DNA from: Sumerlaeia bacterium
Lineage (GTDB): Bacteria; Sumerlaeota; Sumerlaeia; SLMS01; JAHLLQ01
Length of the DNA stretch: 64,000 bases
Direction of reading: 5' to 3'
Assembly: GCA_040219255.1 (NCBI GenBank)
Contig: JAVJSW010000077.1
Span: 32,001 to 96,000 of the forward strand
The position numbers and the translations under genes are program-made. The notes under the pieces were generated by a model. That model saw nothing but the letters and a program-made list of their open reading frames with translations, ran no database searches and was not told where the DNA came from. Below, one piece after another: positions 8,716 through 20,300 of the stretch (position 1 is the first letter of the stretch; every line of letters starts with the position of its first letter).

Positions 8716-9981
8716 TTGGAGATTGTCCCGTTGCACATCGTTGCCATCAGTTCCTCCCGCCTGCCCAATTCGCAAGCGCACCCCATTCAAATCCTTAAGA
8801 CCTGGGCCGCGATGGCACGCCTGCCGGGGGTCCGGGTCACTTTGCTTTGCGTGGCGCTCGATTCGACCCCGGAGGAGCTGCTGAAATCCATGCAGCTCGA
8901 GCCCCATCCAGACCTCAAGATCGAGGCTCTCATGCCCTCCTGGGTGATGGACCGGCTCGGGCTCGATACCTACATCAGCACCAATCGGACGTGGCTCTAC
9001 GGACTGGCGCGTTGGCGGCTCAAACGCCGCCTGGCCAAGAGTATCGCCCAGGAACCGACGGTCATCCACACGCGCAACGAGAGCGTGGTCTGGTGGATCT
9101 GGGAAACGTGCGAAGCGCTGAAGATTCCCCTTATCGTCGAGTTGCACTGGCTGAAGTACGTGGACCGGTTCCGGCGGTGGCGCCAGCGCCGCGACAGCAA
9201 GGGCGAAACCCCCAGCCTCACTCAATGCAAGGCTTTCCTGCGCAAACGCCGCGACAGCGAACTCGATTGCCTGCGGCATGCTTCCATGATTCTGCCGCTG
9301 ACGTCCTGCATCAAGGACAGGCTCGAGGGCTGGGGACTGTCGAACATCGAGGTGGTACCGAGCGGCACATCGGTCCCTCCCCTGCCAGAGGAAAAGCCGG
9401 CGGAAACCATCGACCTCTTGTACGCGGGTCAGTTCCTGCCCTGGAAGGGCGTCGACACGGTGATCCGCGCGATGGAGCACCTGCCCGAATACCGGCTGGT
9501 GCTGCTGGGCGATCACCCTCCAGAGGACAAGCGGCGGCTGCAAAACCTCGCAGCGGAAGTGGGCGCGGCGGACCGCTGTGAGTTCCGGGGCCGCGTGCCC
9601 CATCCGGAAGTCGCCAAGGCCGCCGCCGCCGCCAAAGTCTGCGTGCTGCCTACGCCTCGCAAAGGATTCCCCGAAGCCCGCTTCTTCACCAGTCCGCTCA
9701 AGCTCTATGAGTTTTCCGCCATGGGTAAGGCCATCGTGGCGTCCGACGTGCCAAGCCTGCGCGACGTCCTCGTCCATGGCGAAAACGCCTGGATGGTGCG
9801 GCCCGACGACCCGGTGGCCTTCGCCCATGGCATTCGAAACGTGATGGAGGACGAAGAACTGCGGGCCCGATTGGGGCGCAACGCCCGGGCCTTTGCCGAG
9901 CGGCACAGTTACGAGGAGCGGGCGAAGCGTTTACTTCGACACATGCAAAAAGCCGCCGGAGTCGAATCCGCGGGCGGTTGA
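8716..9981 (+). CDS. Glycosyltransferase family 4
   Basis: LYAGQFLPWKGVD, FTSPLKLYEFSAMGKAIVASDVP. Confidence 0.92.
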   Translation: MEIVPLHIVAISSSRLPNSQAHPIQILKTWAAMARLPGVRVTLLCVALDSTPEELLKSMQLEPHPDLKIEALMPSWVMDRLGLDTYISTNRTWLYGLARWRLKRRLAKSIAQEPTVIHTRNESVVWWIWETCEALKIPLIVELHWLKYVDRFRRWRQRRDSKGETPSLTQCKAFLRKRRDSELDCLRHASMILPLTSCIKDRLEGWGLSNIEVVPSGTSVPPLPEEKPAETIDLLYAGQFLPWKGVDTVIRAMEHLPEYRLVLLGDHPPEDKRRLQNLAAEVGAADRCEFRGRVPHPEVAKAAAAAKVCVLPTPRKGFPEARFFTSPLKLYEFSAMGKAIVASDVPSLRDVLVHGENAWMVRPDDPVAFAHGIRNVMEDEELRARLGRNARAFAERHSYEERAKRLLRHMQKAAGVESAGG

Positions 9982-10020
9982 CAGTGCCCGCCGGTTGGCT
10001 GACCCTTCTCGCCAGCAACC

Positions 10021-11673
10021 TTGCCGGAAAGCCCCTCCCTTGCCTTGAGTTCCGCCGTGACGACCACCGCCGCCAAGTTGTCCCTGCTGCCACGCGCCCG
10101 GTTCGGTGTGCGCGAGGTCTGCGCCGCGACACTCTTCGGGGCGCTTGTGCTGCTCGCCGTCATGGACAAGGAAACGCAATCGATCCGCGCGCTGGCGCTC
10201 TGGATCGCGGTGCCGCTGGCCGTGTTGCTCGAAGCCTTCCTGCCGCGCGACGACGACTTTCCGACGTGGAAACGGCGCGGCGCCATCGCGGCGGCGGGCA
10301 CGTTTCTGACGGTCCTGAGCGCGGAACTGCTGCGCGATGTGATCGCGGCCGGCGGCTCGAACCGCCGCGAGGCATTGACCGCGATGGTTGCCTTCCAGGC
10401 GATTCCGCTCTGGGGCGTGACGATGTGGTTGCTGGCGCCGTTCCTCGACCGCGCCTGGCGGGCTCTCCGGGCGAGAAACCGGCCCGATTTCTGGAGCCTG
10501 AGCTGCGCGGCTCTCGCTCTGTTCGGCTTCTGGAGTTTCGCCACCGCCATGGCCTCCGACCGGCCGGACCGGGGTTTCCGCTATTTCGGATACGAGATCG
10601 GTGTGCTGCTGCCGCTGTTCCTGGTTTGGGTGCGGGCGGCGACTTCGTTCCCGGCGCTGCACCGCACGATGAAAACGATCGGGCTCGGCATCGCGGTCTT
10701 CGCGTTGGCGTACGGTGTTTCGATGGCGGGTCTTTACAAATTCGGCTCGGAGGAAACGCGAGCCGCGCTGGCGCTCGATTTACCCGAAGCTCCCGCCTCG
10801 GTCATGAAGGAATGGGTCCCGCCGCATGAACGCGCGTTGTTCGGCGAAACGATGATGTGGCGCCTTCAGGCTCCCTTTGGGCACCATAACCGGCTGGGAT
10901 ACTTCTCGGCGGTTTGCGTGCTGCTGTTTCTGCTGGCGATGCCATCGGCAGCCAAGTTCCAGCGCTCGATCCTGGCCGTCGGAGCGGGGTTGGCGGTCTT
11001 GGCGCTGGTCTGCACGCTTGGGCGGGCGGCGATGATCGCGCTGCTGGCGGGGTCGGCAGTCAGCGCGATCCTGCTCCTTGGCAGGCGGGCGCTCTGGGGT
11101 CTGCTGCTACTGCCGGTGCTCTGGTTCGCGATGCCCGATTCCCAGAGGGCCCGCGCGATTTCACTCGTCAACCCGGACACCTACAAACGCGATTGGAGCA
11201 CCGTGGCGCTGCGGTTCCAGCACTGGGAAGCGACGCTTTCCCTGATCGCCGACCACCCGGTGGCGGGAACCGGCTATGGCTGGAAAGCCTTCCAGTACCA
11301 CCACGAGCGCCGGGCCGAAGAGCTTGGCCTGGCCGTCGGCTTCAATCACGCGCACAACGTTTGGCTCCAGGTCGCGGGCGAGTCCGGCATTCCGGGATTG
11401 CTCTTCTTTGCGGCATGGACGGGACTGCGCTGGGCCATGCTTTGGCGGCTCTGGCGCGCGACACCTCGCGAGGACCGCGGACGGCGCTGGCTGCTGGCGC
11501 TATGGATCGGCGTCGAGGCGGCGATCCAGTTCTACAGCTTGACCAACCTGCCGCTTCGCCGCAGCCTCGCCGTGCTGACGTGGTTTGTGTGGGCGGCGAT
11601 GACGGCGGACCTGATCCGCCTGAGCCAGCAGACCTCGAATGAGGAACCTTTGGAAGGACGGGCTGGGCCTTGA
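10021..11673 (+). CDS. O-antigen ligase family (Wzy_C/O-OTase-like) membrane protein
   Basis: RLQAPFGHHNRLG, TLGRAA, R...W, HPVAGTGYG, HAHNVWLQ..GE.GIPG. Confidence 0.9.
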   Translation: MPESPSLALSSAVTTTAAKLSLLPRARFGVREVCAATLFGALVLLAVMDKETQSIRALALWIAVPLAVLLEAFLPRDDDFPTWKRRGAIAAAGTFLTVLSAELLRDVIAAGGSNRREALTAMVAFQAIPLWGVTMWLLAPFLDRAWRALRARNRPDFWSLSCAALALFGFWSFATAMASDRPDRGFRYFGYEIGVLLPLFLVWVRAATSFPALHRTMKTIGLGIAVFALAYGVSMAGLYKFGSEETRAALALDLPEAPASVMKEWVPPHERALFGETMMWRLQAPFGHHNRLGYFSAVCVLLFLLAMPSAAKFQRSILAVGAGLAVLALVCTLGRAAMIALLAGSAVSAILLLGRRALWGLLLLPVLWFAMPDSQRARAISLVNPDTYKRDWSTVALRFQHWEATLSLIADHPVAGTGYGWKAFQYHHERRAEELGLAVGFNHAHNVWLQVAGESGIPGLLFFAAWTGLRWAMLWRLWRATPREDRGRRWLLALWIGVEAAIQFYSLTNLPLRRSLAVLTWFVWAAMTADLIRLSQQTSNEEPLEGRAGP

Positions 11674-13715
11674 GCCGCAAGAAGAAGAAGCGAGCGAAAC
11701 TGGGATTGTTCAGCGTGCTGGCGCCGAGGCTGGCTCAGCGTGTGGCGCGCTGGCGCGGCCGCAGCCAAGAGCCAGATCCGCAGGCCGAGCAACAACGCGC
11801 CATCATGCTCCGCGTCATCGGCATGCTGATGCGGTGGAAGCGCTGGATCATCGTCAGCAACACGCTCATTATTCTCAGCTCGCTCCTCAGCGTTTTCTCC
11901 CTTCTCGCGCTCTTTCCGATCCTCAAGGTCGCCTTCAATTCGCCGCTGCTGGCCGACGGCGGAGCGGCGGCCAGCAGCCAACCGGCCGCTGTTGCTGAGC
12001 AGACGCCACTCGAACCGCCTCAGGTTGTCTCGATCGGTTGGTACGACGAACTGAAGCGGGACCTGGACGCGAAGCGCGACGCGGCGATGGTCTGGGTCAC
12101 GGAGCAAAGCCGGGAAAATCCGCAAACGGTAATTCTCGCGATGTGCTTGATCTTCGCCGCGGCGGCCACCATCAAGTCCGCCCTCGACGCCGGGTCGAAC
12201 GCCGCGGTGGCCCGCATCCAGGTGCAATTCCAGGAAGACCTGACGCATCGGCTCTTCCGTCACGTGCTGGGCCAGGACGCGGCCTTCTTCCATTGGAACC
12301 CGCCCGGCCGCATCATGACCCGCATTTACAACGATGTGGCGAAGATGGGAATGTTGGTGCAGCTTGTCTACGGCGCCCGCATCCGCCAGCCGATCCACCT
12401 GTTCTTCCTCCTGGTGCTGCTGTTTTTCATCAATGGAACGCTGGCGTTGCTGGTGTTGCTGACGTTACCCGTGATCGCCTTTCCGGCGATTTTCATCGCG
12501 CGGCGCATCCGCGAGGTCTCGCGCAAGGAAACGGGCGCCGATGGCGACGTGATGTCCGTCCTGGAGGAACAGGCCAACGGGGCGCGCCTGATCAAGAGCC
12601 ACGCCTCGGAGGACTTCGAGGCGAACCGTTTCCGCCAGGTCGCTTCCTCTATGTTCGACCGGCGCGAGAAGCGCATGGTGCTCAAAGCCCTGGGGCGCCC
12701 GTCGATGGAGCTGATCACGACGCTCGGGACTCTGGCTGCGGTGGCTCTCGGTGTGCAGATCGTGCTGTCGTGGAAGCTCATCACCGGCGAGCAATTCCTG
12801 CTGTTCCTGATCGTCATGACGCGCGTGTACAAACCGGTGAAGACCCTTTCGAGCATTCACGTGGAAATGCAGCGTTCGCTGATGAGCGCCGAAGCGGTTT
12901 TTAAAATGCTCGACGAAGCTCCCCGCGTCGTGGAATCGAGCGAAGCCAAGATGTTCCCGCCCGACTGGCGCGAGATCCGGTTCGAAAAAGTCTGGTTCCG
13001 CTACGGCAAGAAAGCGCGCTATCCAGTGGTGCTGAAGAATGTGAGCTTGACCCTCAGGCGCGGCGAATTCGTCGCCATCGCTGGTGCCAACGGCAGTGGC
13101 AAGAGCACCCTCGCCTCGCTGCTGTGCCGGCTCTACGACCCGGTCGGAGGGGAGATTCTAGTCGATGGCGAACCACTGAAGTACTACAATCTCAGTTCGC
13201 TACGCAACGCCATCGGACTGGTTCATCAGGACGCGCTGCTGTTCAACATGACCATCGCAGAGAACATTGCCTATGGCGTGCCGCTGGAGGAAGTGGACAT
13301 GGGCCGTGTGCGCGAATGCGCCCAGCGCTCTGGAGCCGCCCGATTCATTGAACCGATGAAGGAGGGCTACGAGACGATGGTCGGCACAAAAGGCGGCAAG
13401 CTCTCCGGCGGTCAGCGCCAACTCATCACCCTGGCGCGGCTGCTCTATCACGCGCCTCCGATTATCATCTATGACGAGCCGACGGCCCACCTGGACGAAC
13501 AGGCGGGCGAACAAACCCTGGCAGTCATGCAATCTCTCGTGCCGGAGCACACCATTCTCATGATTACCCACGACGCCGCCCACGCCGTGGCGGCGGATCG
13601 GATTCTTCGCCTGCGCAACGGAGAACTGACGGAGGAGGACTCGGCCGGCCAACCTCCTTCCGGCGAACCGGCGAGCGCTGGCTCGGCGTTGCGAGAGGCG
13701 GCGGCGCACGGATGA
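11670..13715 (+). CDS. MsbA/PglK-like ABC half-transporter (lipid-linked glycan flippase candidate)
   Basis: 6-TM domain + GANGSGKST, LSGGQRQ, IYDEPT; long insert between TM1 and TM2. Confidence 0.9.
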   Translation: MSRKKKKRAKLGLFSVLAPRLAQRVARWRGRSQEPDPQAEQQRAIMLRVIGMLMRWKRWIIVSNTLIILSSLLSVFSLLALFPILKVAFNSPLLADGGAAASSQPAAVAEQTPLEPPQVVSIGWYDELKRDLDAKRDAAMVWVTEQSRENPQTVILAMCLIFAAAATIKSALDAGSNAAVARIQVQFQEDLTHRLFRHVLGQDAAFFHWNPPGRIMTRIYNDVAKMGMLVQLVYGARIRQPIHLFFLLVLLFFINGTLALLVLLTLPVIAFPAIFIARRIREVSRKETGADGDVMSVLEEQANGARLIKSHASEDFEANRFRQVASSMFDRREKRMVLKALGRPSMELITTLGTLAAVALGVQIVLSWKLITGEQFLLFLIVMTRVYKPVKTLSSIHVEMQRSLMSAEAVFKMLDEAPRVVESSEAKMFPPDWREIRFEKVWFRYGKKARYPVVLKNVSLTLRRGEFVAIAGANGSGKSTLASLLCRLYDPVGGEILVDGEPLKYYNLSSLRNAIGLVHQDALLFNMTIAENIAYGVPLEEVDMGRVRECAQRSGAARFIEPMKEGYETMVGTKGGKLSGGQRQLITLARLLYHAPPIIIYDEPTAHLDEQAGEQTLAVMQSLVPEHTILMITHDAAHAVAADRILRLRNGELTEEDSAGQPPSGEPASAGSALREAAAHG

Positions 13716-14992
13716 CTACCCTGATGATCGAAACGGAAAAAAGCCGGTCGCTGGCCCCCACGCCCCTGTCCGCCGACGGCAAACGCATCCTGCCCGATCG
13801 GCCACCCGGGGGGGAGGAGTTGATCCATCATGTGTTCACCGCCGCCACCTTTCGCATCAAGAAGGGGCAGCTCGCCCAGGGTGCACGGCTCATGGAGTCG
13901 GTGCTGGAAATGCAGACCCGATATCGGTACATCTATCACGCCATGGCGGCGTTCTACTTGTCTCTCTTGTACCGGTCGGAGGATCGCCCGGACACCGACC
14001 TGCTGCGCCAGGCGCTCGAAACCAATCCGATGTTCCCGCACGCCCTGGAACTGTGCCTGGAGCACGACAGGGAATGGGGTGACGAGCTGGTGACTCGCAA
14101 GACCCGTCTCGCGGGGCTGGACCTCGAAGGTTTCGCCCTGGTGATGGGCTGTGGCGTCTGGAAAGACATCAACCTGTTCCGTCATGGAGACGATTGGTTC
14201 GCCGGCAAGACGGTCTTCGATTTCGGCGCCCGCACCGGCTTTCACGCGCTGGCTTTCCTGGCGGCGGGGGCGGCCAGCTACACCGCCGTCGACAAAGCGG
14301 AGAAGAGCTTCCGCCTCGCCCGGGTCAAGAATCACCTCAAGCTGAACCACCCGATGACGGACCTGCCGTTCCGCATGGTCGACCTGGCACGCGACAACAA
14401 GAAACTCCTGACCCTGAAGCGCAAAGAGGGAACCGAATACGCCGACCGCAAGCGCTACGATTTCGTCGGGCTCTTCGCCACCAGCGAGCACCTGCACGAT
14501 CCGGCGGCGGTCTTCGCACTTCTGGAAAAGCTGCTGGCGCCAAGTGGCCGGCTCATGATGAGCCATCACAATTTCTATTCCTGGAACGGTCATCACAATT
14601 CCCCCAAGTCCGAACGCCAGCTCAAGGAAATGAGAGCCGCTGGCGAGGATCTGTCCTTTGCCGACTGGCAGTTCTTCGACAAGGAAATCACCAACGACTA
14701 TCTCAATCGGCTGACCATCGCCGAGCTGCGTGCGGTCCTGGACGAGCATCTGGACGTGGTGCGTTGGGAGCGCGAGTACACCCCTATCGGCAAAGGCCTG
14801 GGCCGCTACGGCCCCGAAATCGCACGCCAGCATCGCGAGCGGGGTCTGACGCCGGAGGACTTGCTGACGCAACGGGTCCTGGCGGAGGCGACGAAGCGCG
14901 ACACGGGTCTTTGCGGTCGCTTTGCGGACTGGTGGGATCGCCGCAAGTCCCGCGCACAGGGCCGTGCCAACCGGCGCAGGAAGTCAGCCTGA
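13712..14992 (+). CDS. Class I SAM-dependent methyltransferase with helical N-terminal extension
   Basis: VFDFGARTG motif I, YDFV...ATSEHLHDP, LLAPSG. Confidence 0.8.
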   Translation: MTTLMIETEKSRSLAPTPLSADGKRILPDRPPGGEELIHHVFTAATFRIKKGQLAQGARLMESVLEMQTRYRYIYHAMAAFYLSLLYRSEDRPDTDLLRQALETNPMFPHALELCLEHDREWGDELVTRKTRLAGLDLEGFALVMGCGVWKDINLFRHGDDWFAGKTVFDFGARTGFHALAFLAAGAASYTAVDKAEKSFRLARVKNHLKLNHPMTDLPFRMVDLARDNKKLLTLKRKEGTEYADRKRYDFVGLFATSEHLHDPAAVFALLEKLLAPSGRLMMSHHNFYSWNGHHNSPKSERQLKEMRAAGEDLSFADWQFFDKEITNDYLNRLTIAELRAVLDEHLDVVRWEREYTPIGKGLGRYGPEIARQHRERGLTPEDLLTQRVLAEATKRDTGLCGRFADWWDRRKSRAQGRANRRRKSA

Positions 14993-16099
14993 AGCAGCGC
15001 GCAGCAGCGGCAGCCAAATCTTTTCGATAAACTGCCCGGCCACCGGCGGCGAGGCTTCTTCCTCGATCGCAAGGCGCCGATCACGGTAGGGTTCCCAAAT
15101 GCCGCCGATGCCTCGGTCACGCAGGGCTTCCACAAACGCCGTGGGGCTCTCGAAGAGCGGAAGGCGGCCGTGTCCACCGAAGTAGGACGTGCGCAGAAGC
15201 GCCGGATGGGTCTGGCACGCTTTGTCGATCAGGGCGACCGGCCGGCCCGTTCCGAGGGGGGTCAGAAGATTTCGCGAGCCATCGGTTACCAGAAGGGCCG
15301 CGCGGTCGTGGGGTTCGAGACTCACCTCGAAACCGAGGCTCAGGAGTTTCTCGCTCAACGTGAGCGCCATCAGATTTTCGCGCAAGGCGACTTCGATGAG
15401 CCGGGGGCGGGGGACGGGCGGACCTTCGGGGCCGGGCTCGCGGGGCCGCCAGCCGAGCGAATCCCACCGCAGTCGCGGCGCCAGGCCGAATGATTGCTGA
15501 TGATCGAAAAAGTCCCGATGCCCCACGGCGAAGACATCCATCGCTTCGTCCTTTCGGGGCAAGAGGCGCTCGGCCTTACCCAACTCGAGCCACAATTCGG
15601 GCAGCAGAAGGGCGGGAAAAGAGCAGCGGCCGGGCATCCCGCGCTGGCGCAGCGGGGGTTCGACTTCCTGCACCAAACGCCGGGTTCGCACCAGACTGTC
15701 GCTGAATTCCGGCGTACAGATGAAGCCCAGCGGCCGGTAAATCGCGGCCACCGAGAGGATCTGGTTTCGGGCCAGCGCCAATCCCTCGCGGCCATCGGCG
15801 ATGGAACCCCAAGAAACCGGTACGACCGCGTGGCCAAGGTCCCGGGCGCGATCCTTGGCGAGAGACGAATCGGTGAGTATCGCCAGCGGTTGCGTAACGG
15901 GAACCGGAGTCCCTGCCGCGGCCTCGCGCAGTTCGTCCGCCGTCGGCAGGAGATGAGCCAGGCTCTCGCCGCTCGACCCAAACAACCCAAGGATCAGCGC
16001 CCAGGACGGACGTCGTTCCAGGGGCAACAGGACTCCGCCCGACAGGCGCGAGCCCAAGCGGGCGAGCCTTAAACCCAGCGACCGGCGGAAAGCTGCCAT
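14984..16099 (-). CDS. Hypothetical protein, possible GT-B fold polysaccharide biosynthesis protein
   Basis: ATG 16099 coupled to upstream TGA; AALLVTDGS....GRPVALID resembles GT-B C-terminal segments. Confidence 0.6.
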   Translation of the reverse strand: MAAFRRSLGLRLARLGSRLSGGVLLPLERRPSWALILGLFGSSGESLAHLLPTADELREAAAGTPVPVTQPLAILTDSSLAKDRARDLGHAVVPVSWGSIADGREGLALARNQILSVAAIYRPLGFICTPEFSDSLVRTRRLVQEVEPPLRQRGMPGRCSFPALLLPELWLELGKAERLLPRKDEAMDVFAVGHRDFFDHQQSFGLAPRLRWDSLGWRPREPGPEGPPVPRPRLIEVALRENLMALTLSEKLLSLGFEVSLEPHDRAALLVTDGSRNLLTPLGTGRPVALIDKACQTHPALLRTSYFGGHGRLPLFESPTAFVEALRDRGIGGIWEPYRDRRLAIEEEASPPVAGQFIEKIWLPLLRAASG

Positions 16100-17376
16100 C
16101 AGCCCGCCGCCTCCATCGCAACGGCTTCCCTTGCGCCCAACAACGCCTCGACCGCTTCGCCGATGCGGGCCGCGCGCGTTTCGAAGCGGAAGGAAGCGAC
16201 CTTCTCCCAAGCCGCGCGAGCCAAGGAAAGGCGCCGCTCCTCGTCCGAGAGAATCCGCTCGATGGCCGCGGCCCACTCCCGTTCGTCGTCCGGAGCGGCG
16301 AAAAGCGCCTCTCTTTCGTCCTCTAGCATCGAACGTAGCGATGGCACTCCGGAAGCCACCAGCGCGGCGCCGGACGCCATCAGTTCGAACAGCTTGATCG
16401 GGCTGGTATAGAAACGGGCGATTCGTGGTCCCCGGGGCAGAGGGATGAGTCCGATCTTTGCCCGCCGCTGATAAGCCAGCACCTCGCTGTGGGGCAACTG
16501 ACCGAGCCAGTCGATGCGCCCGGCAAGACCCCAATTGTTCGCGAACTTCTTGGCGCAATAGAGATCGGAAGGGCTGTTGCCTCCGATCACCGTCAGCCGA
16601 ATCGCCGGGTCGCACAAACGCAAGGCTCTCAAGGCGATATGGAAGCCCTTCCACGGATAGAGCTGGCCGGTGTAGAGAAGATCGAGGTCGCGGTTTTCGA
16701 AATCGGGGGGTTCGGCCGATTCCAGACGGACGGCGCTTGGCAGAAGCCCCGCGCGCCCTGGTGGCAGCGAACTCTCGATCTGGCGCAGGAGCGGCTCGCT
16801 GATGCAGAAAACATAGTCGGCGAGCGCGATCCGCCCCCGCTCCCACTGGACCGCCTCGCGGACGCGGGCTTTCTTGGCGGCCAGCGAAGCTCCCGGCACC
16901 TCCTCTTCCCATTTTTTCGTGGCCTTGAGCTGATGCAGCTCGAGAAGCAGGGGCACCTTCAAGTCTCGGTTTTCCAGAACATCGCGAAAAAACCCGACGA
17001 CCGGAATGTTGCGCGTGTAAATGACTGTCCCGGCCGCGCCCGCCGTCAGATCGGCGCGCCAGTTGGTGATCGCTTCCCGGCGCCGCCGCGTCGAGCGTCC
17101 GGCGCTCCGGTCCTTCAGGATGTCGTCCGATTCCTCCTCCGAGGCACCGGGAAAGAGCAGGGCGAATTCCAGGTTTGATGGCTGCTCCAAACCCATCGAG
17201 GCGAGAAGGGCTGGCGGCTCGACCGGATAGCCAGTGCAGCGCAATTCGACCTGCCAGTCCGGGAAGGTCCGGGCCATCGCCACCGCCGTGTTGACGATCA
17301 TGATCGTGTTGGCGCGGTGATCGTGCAGGGGCGTCCAGACGGCGAACAGAAACCGCGGCCTGAGCGGCTTACTCAT
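16099..17376 (-). CDS. Glycosyltransferase family 4 (paralog of 8716-9981)
   Basis: LLYTGQLYPWKG, FYTSPIKLFELMASG. Confidence 0.92.
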   Translation of the reverse strand: MSKPLRPRFLFAVWTPLHDHRANTIMIVNTAVAMARTFPDWQVELRCTGYPVEPPALLASMGLEQPSNLEFALLFPGASEEESDDILKDRSAGRSTRRRREAITNWRADLTAGAAGTVIYTRNIPVVGFFRDVLENRDLKVPLLLELHQLKATKKWEEEVPGASLAAKKARVREAVQWERGRIALADYVFCISEPLLRQIESSLPPGRAGLLPSAVRLESAEPPDFENRDLDLLYTGQLYPWKGFHIALRALRLCDPAIRLTVIGGNSPSDLYCAKKFANNWGLAGRIDWLGQLPHSEVLAYQRRAKIGLIPLPRGPRIARFYTSPIKLFELMASGAALVASGVPSLRSMLEDEREALFAAPDDEREWAAAIERILSDEERRLSLARAAWEKVASFRFETRAARIGEAVEALLGAREAVAMEAAG

Positions 17377-20300
17377 GGGCGGCGCGCTTTGTCAGGGCCT
17401 CTGTGCCGCGCATCAGTTCGAGGCGGGCGTCGCGCAACATGAAACCGCCGCGCTTGGCCGGACCGAAGTCCATCAGGTCGATGGACAAATTGAAGCGCTC
17501 GTTCCCCGTGCTTTCGAAGGGCACCGTCAGTTGGCTGGGGAAGGGCCGGGTGGCATGGTCCGGGGTGGTTGTGTAGCCCGCCATGGCGCTGCGAAGTCCA
17601 TCGGAGGAAGAAACACGGACACGCAATTCCGGCCAGATTTCGCCCGATGGCACCGTGTCGCCCGCTGTTTCAAGGTCGACCGTCAACTGGTAGAGGCCGC
17701 GTTCCAGAGGGCCGAACGGCTGGCTGACCCAGGCTCCGAAGGAGCCGGGCGTGGTGTTGTCCGATTCGAGAAAAAGTGCCAAGCCTGATGGCTCGTCCAT
17801 CAAGGCTGGAGCGCCGAACGCTCCAGGGAAGGCCAAGGGCTCCCAGCGCGACGCGGAAAGCGTGGTGAGCGGTTCGAGCCCGGATTGCTGCAAGGCGATC
17901 AAATCGACCCGAGGGGCGAGGCAATCGTCCGCATAGGCCAGCATCTCAAGGTCCACCTCCCGAATCAGGAAGCCGCCCCGCTTGGCCGAGGGACTGAAAT
18001 CCATCAGGTCGACGGATAGGTTGAAGCGCTCGTTGCCCGCACTCGAGAACGGCACCGTCAGACGGTCCGGGAAGGGGCGTGTGATGTGATCGATGGTCGT
18101 GGTGTAACTGGCCATGGCGCTCTTGAGGCCGTCGGACGCCGAAACGCGCACGCGGATTTCCGGCCAGGACTCGCCCACGGGAACGTCCGCCCCCGCTGGC
18201 TCCAGATGGATCGTCAGCCGGTAATTCCCAGCGGCCAAGGGGCCGAAAGGATTGCTGACCCAGGCTCCGAAGGATCCCGGATTCGTGTTATCCGACTCCA
18301 GCGCCAGCGACAAACCCTCCGCCCGATCCTCCAAGTTCGGTTCGCCAAAGGCTCCTGTCAGCAGAAGCCGTTCCCAATGCGAAAGGCTCAGGTTGCGAAG
18401 AGGGTCGAGCCCCGAATCGCCTCCGCCAAGCACGTCGACACTGACCGGAATGCACGGGTCTTCCGTCGAAGCGTCGATGCGCACGCTGCCGCTCTCGGCG
18501 GAAAAGCCGCTGCCGCCGGAGTCGGTGACACGCACGCGATAGCCGTCGCCGGTCGAGACCGACGGGATGAACGGCCAGCGAAAATACCCTGTGTTCGGCA
18601 CGTTGTCGGCGATGGTGCGTTGAAAGGCGCCGTTGCGTAGCAGGTCGAGCTTCATCGGGGCCGCCGCTGTCAGCGAACTCTCCCAGATCACCGTCAGCCC
18701 GCCGCCAACGAAGGCCGTTTCGCCCCCGCGCGGTTCGTTCACCACAATGCCTTCCGGTGAACTCTCGGCCACCACGTCGAAGCGGGCGCTTTCCGTCTCC
18801 GCCTGCGTTGTCAGGTTCTTGATCGCGATCGAGTAGTCGTCGCGCAGAGCCTGCTTCTTGTCCACTTCCCAGCCGAAGCTGCCGGAATTGGGAACGCCCG
18901 CCGCCAGGGTGCGGTTGAACCCGCCGGACTTGTACAGGTCGATTTGCATCAGGTCCGTCGGGCTGCCCACCACTTCCCAAACGATGGGCATGGTGCGTCG
19001 TTGCTCATAATCGTCCCCGGCGGCGGGCAGGAGGACCTCAAACGAATCGGCGGGTGCCACGCGGAAGGTCCCGTCGCTCGTGTCGGTCAGGTTGTTCTGC
19101 AATTCTGTGATGCGGATGGCGTAATCGTTCGCTTCTTCGAGGGAAGCGGGCACGCTCCATCGATACCAGCCCAAATTCGTGGCGTTGCTTCGCAGTGTCT
19201 GAATCGATGTTCCGCCCTTGAGCAGTTCGATCCTCACCGTCGCCCCCACATCACCTTCGGAGACCCAGCGCACGACTTGCTGGGTACCCGGCACGAGGCG
19301 CTCGCCGCCGTTGGGATAAGTCACCTGAAGAGTCGTTTCCGCGGGAAGCTCGAACGCGTTGGCGATCGCTTCATTCGTCGCCTTGACCTTCGCCGTGAAG
19401 TCCGGGTAGGGATTGCCGTACTGATCGATCACGCCGGAATTGCGGCCCAGGTAGTAGCTGCTGTCGATCCCCTGAAAGCTGGGCGGTGCGCTGTTGGTTT
19501 GCAGGATGTTGGCCGCCCGGAACCACTGGGCCCCGATGATGTAGGGGCTGCTGGCCCACTGGCGCACCATTTTTTCGTAGACCGTGCCGCGGTCCGCGTC
19601 CGTATCCACACTGCGGTGAAACCAGCCCACGTCGTCCGTCCGGTTGTTGCCGGTGGCGATGCCGCTCTGGCGGGCGTGAACACCGAACTCACTGATATGG
19701 ACGGGGATGCCGGCACGCTGGGCCAACTGCTCCAGAAAGGCGAAGTTCTCCTGGGTACGGATTCCTTCGAAGTGCTCGTCGCCCGGGTAATTGTTCACCG
19801 CGATCACGTTGTAGAAGTAGCCGGGACGTTCCTGCGTCAGTTCGCCGAGGACATCCATCACCATCAGCATTTCCGTCATGTCGCGGTTGGGATAATCGCT
19901 GAGTTCGAATCGGTTCGTGAAGATCGGATAATGCAGATCCGCCAGGCCGTCGCCATCCGAATCGCCGGTGGCCGCGATTTCGTAGGCGCGCAGCGTTTCG
20001 CACCAGAACCGGAAGTGCGTCTTGAGCATGTGCTTGAGGAACGCCTCGATGTCCGGGCGGATGGGATCGTCCAGGTGCTTGCGCACCACATGACGCTGCA
20101 CCGAGGGCGAAAGAAGGTCGTCGAACGATGTCAGATAGAGATTGCGATAGCTCACGCTCTTGCCGTTCACGGTCACGCTGGAATTCCAGGTGTTGACCAT
20201 CGCTTGCAGATCGTTGTTGTAACGCGTCCGCATGAAACTCACGAATTCATGCTTCGAATAATCGCCCCACATATACAGATCGAGGTACTCGACGGCGATT

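Noticed and set aside
16100-16912. N-terminal extension of the 642-aa ORF 14984-16912
   Set aside because: Overlaps the GT4 in another frame; coupled ATG at 16099 is the better start
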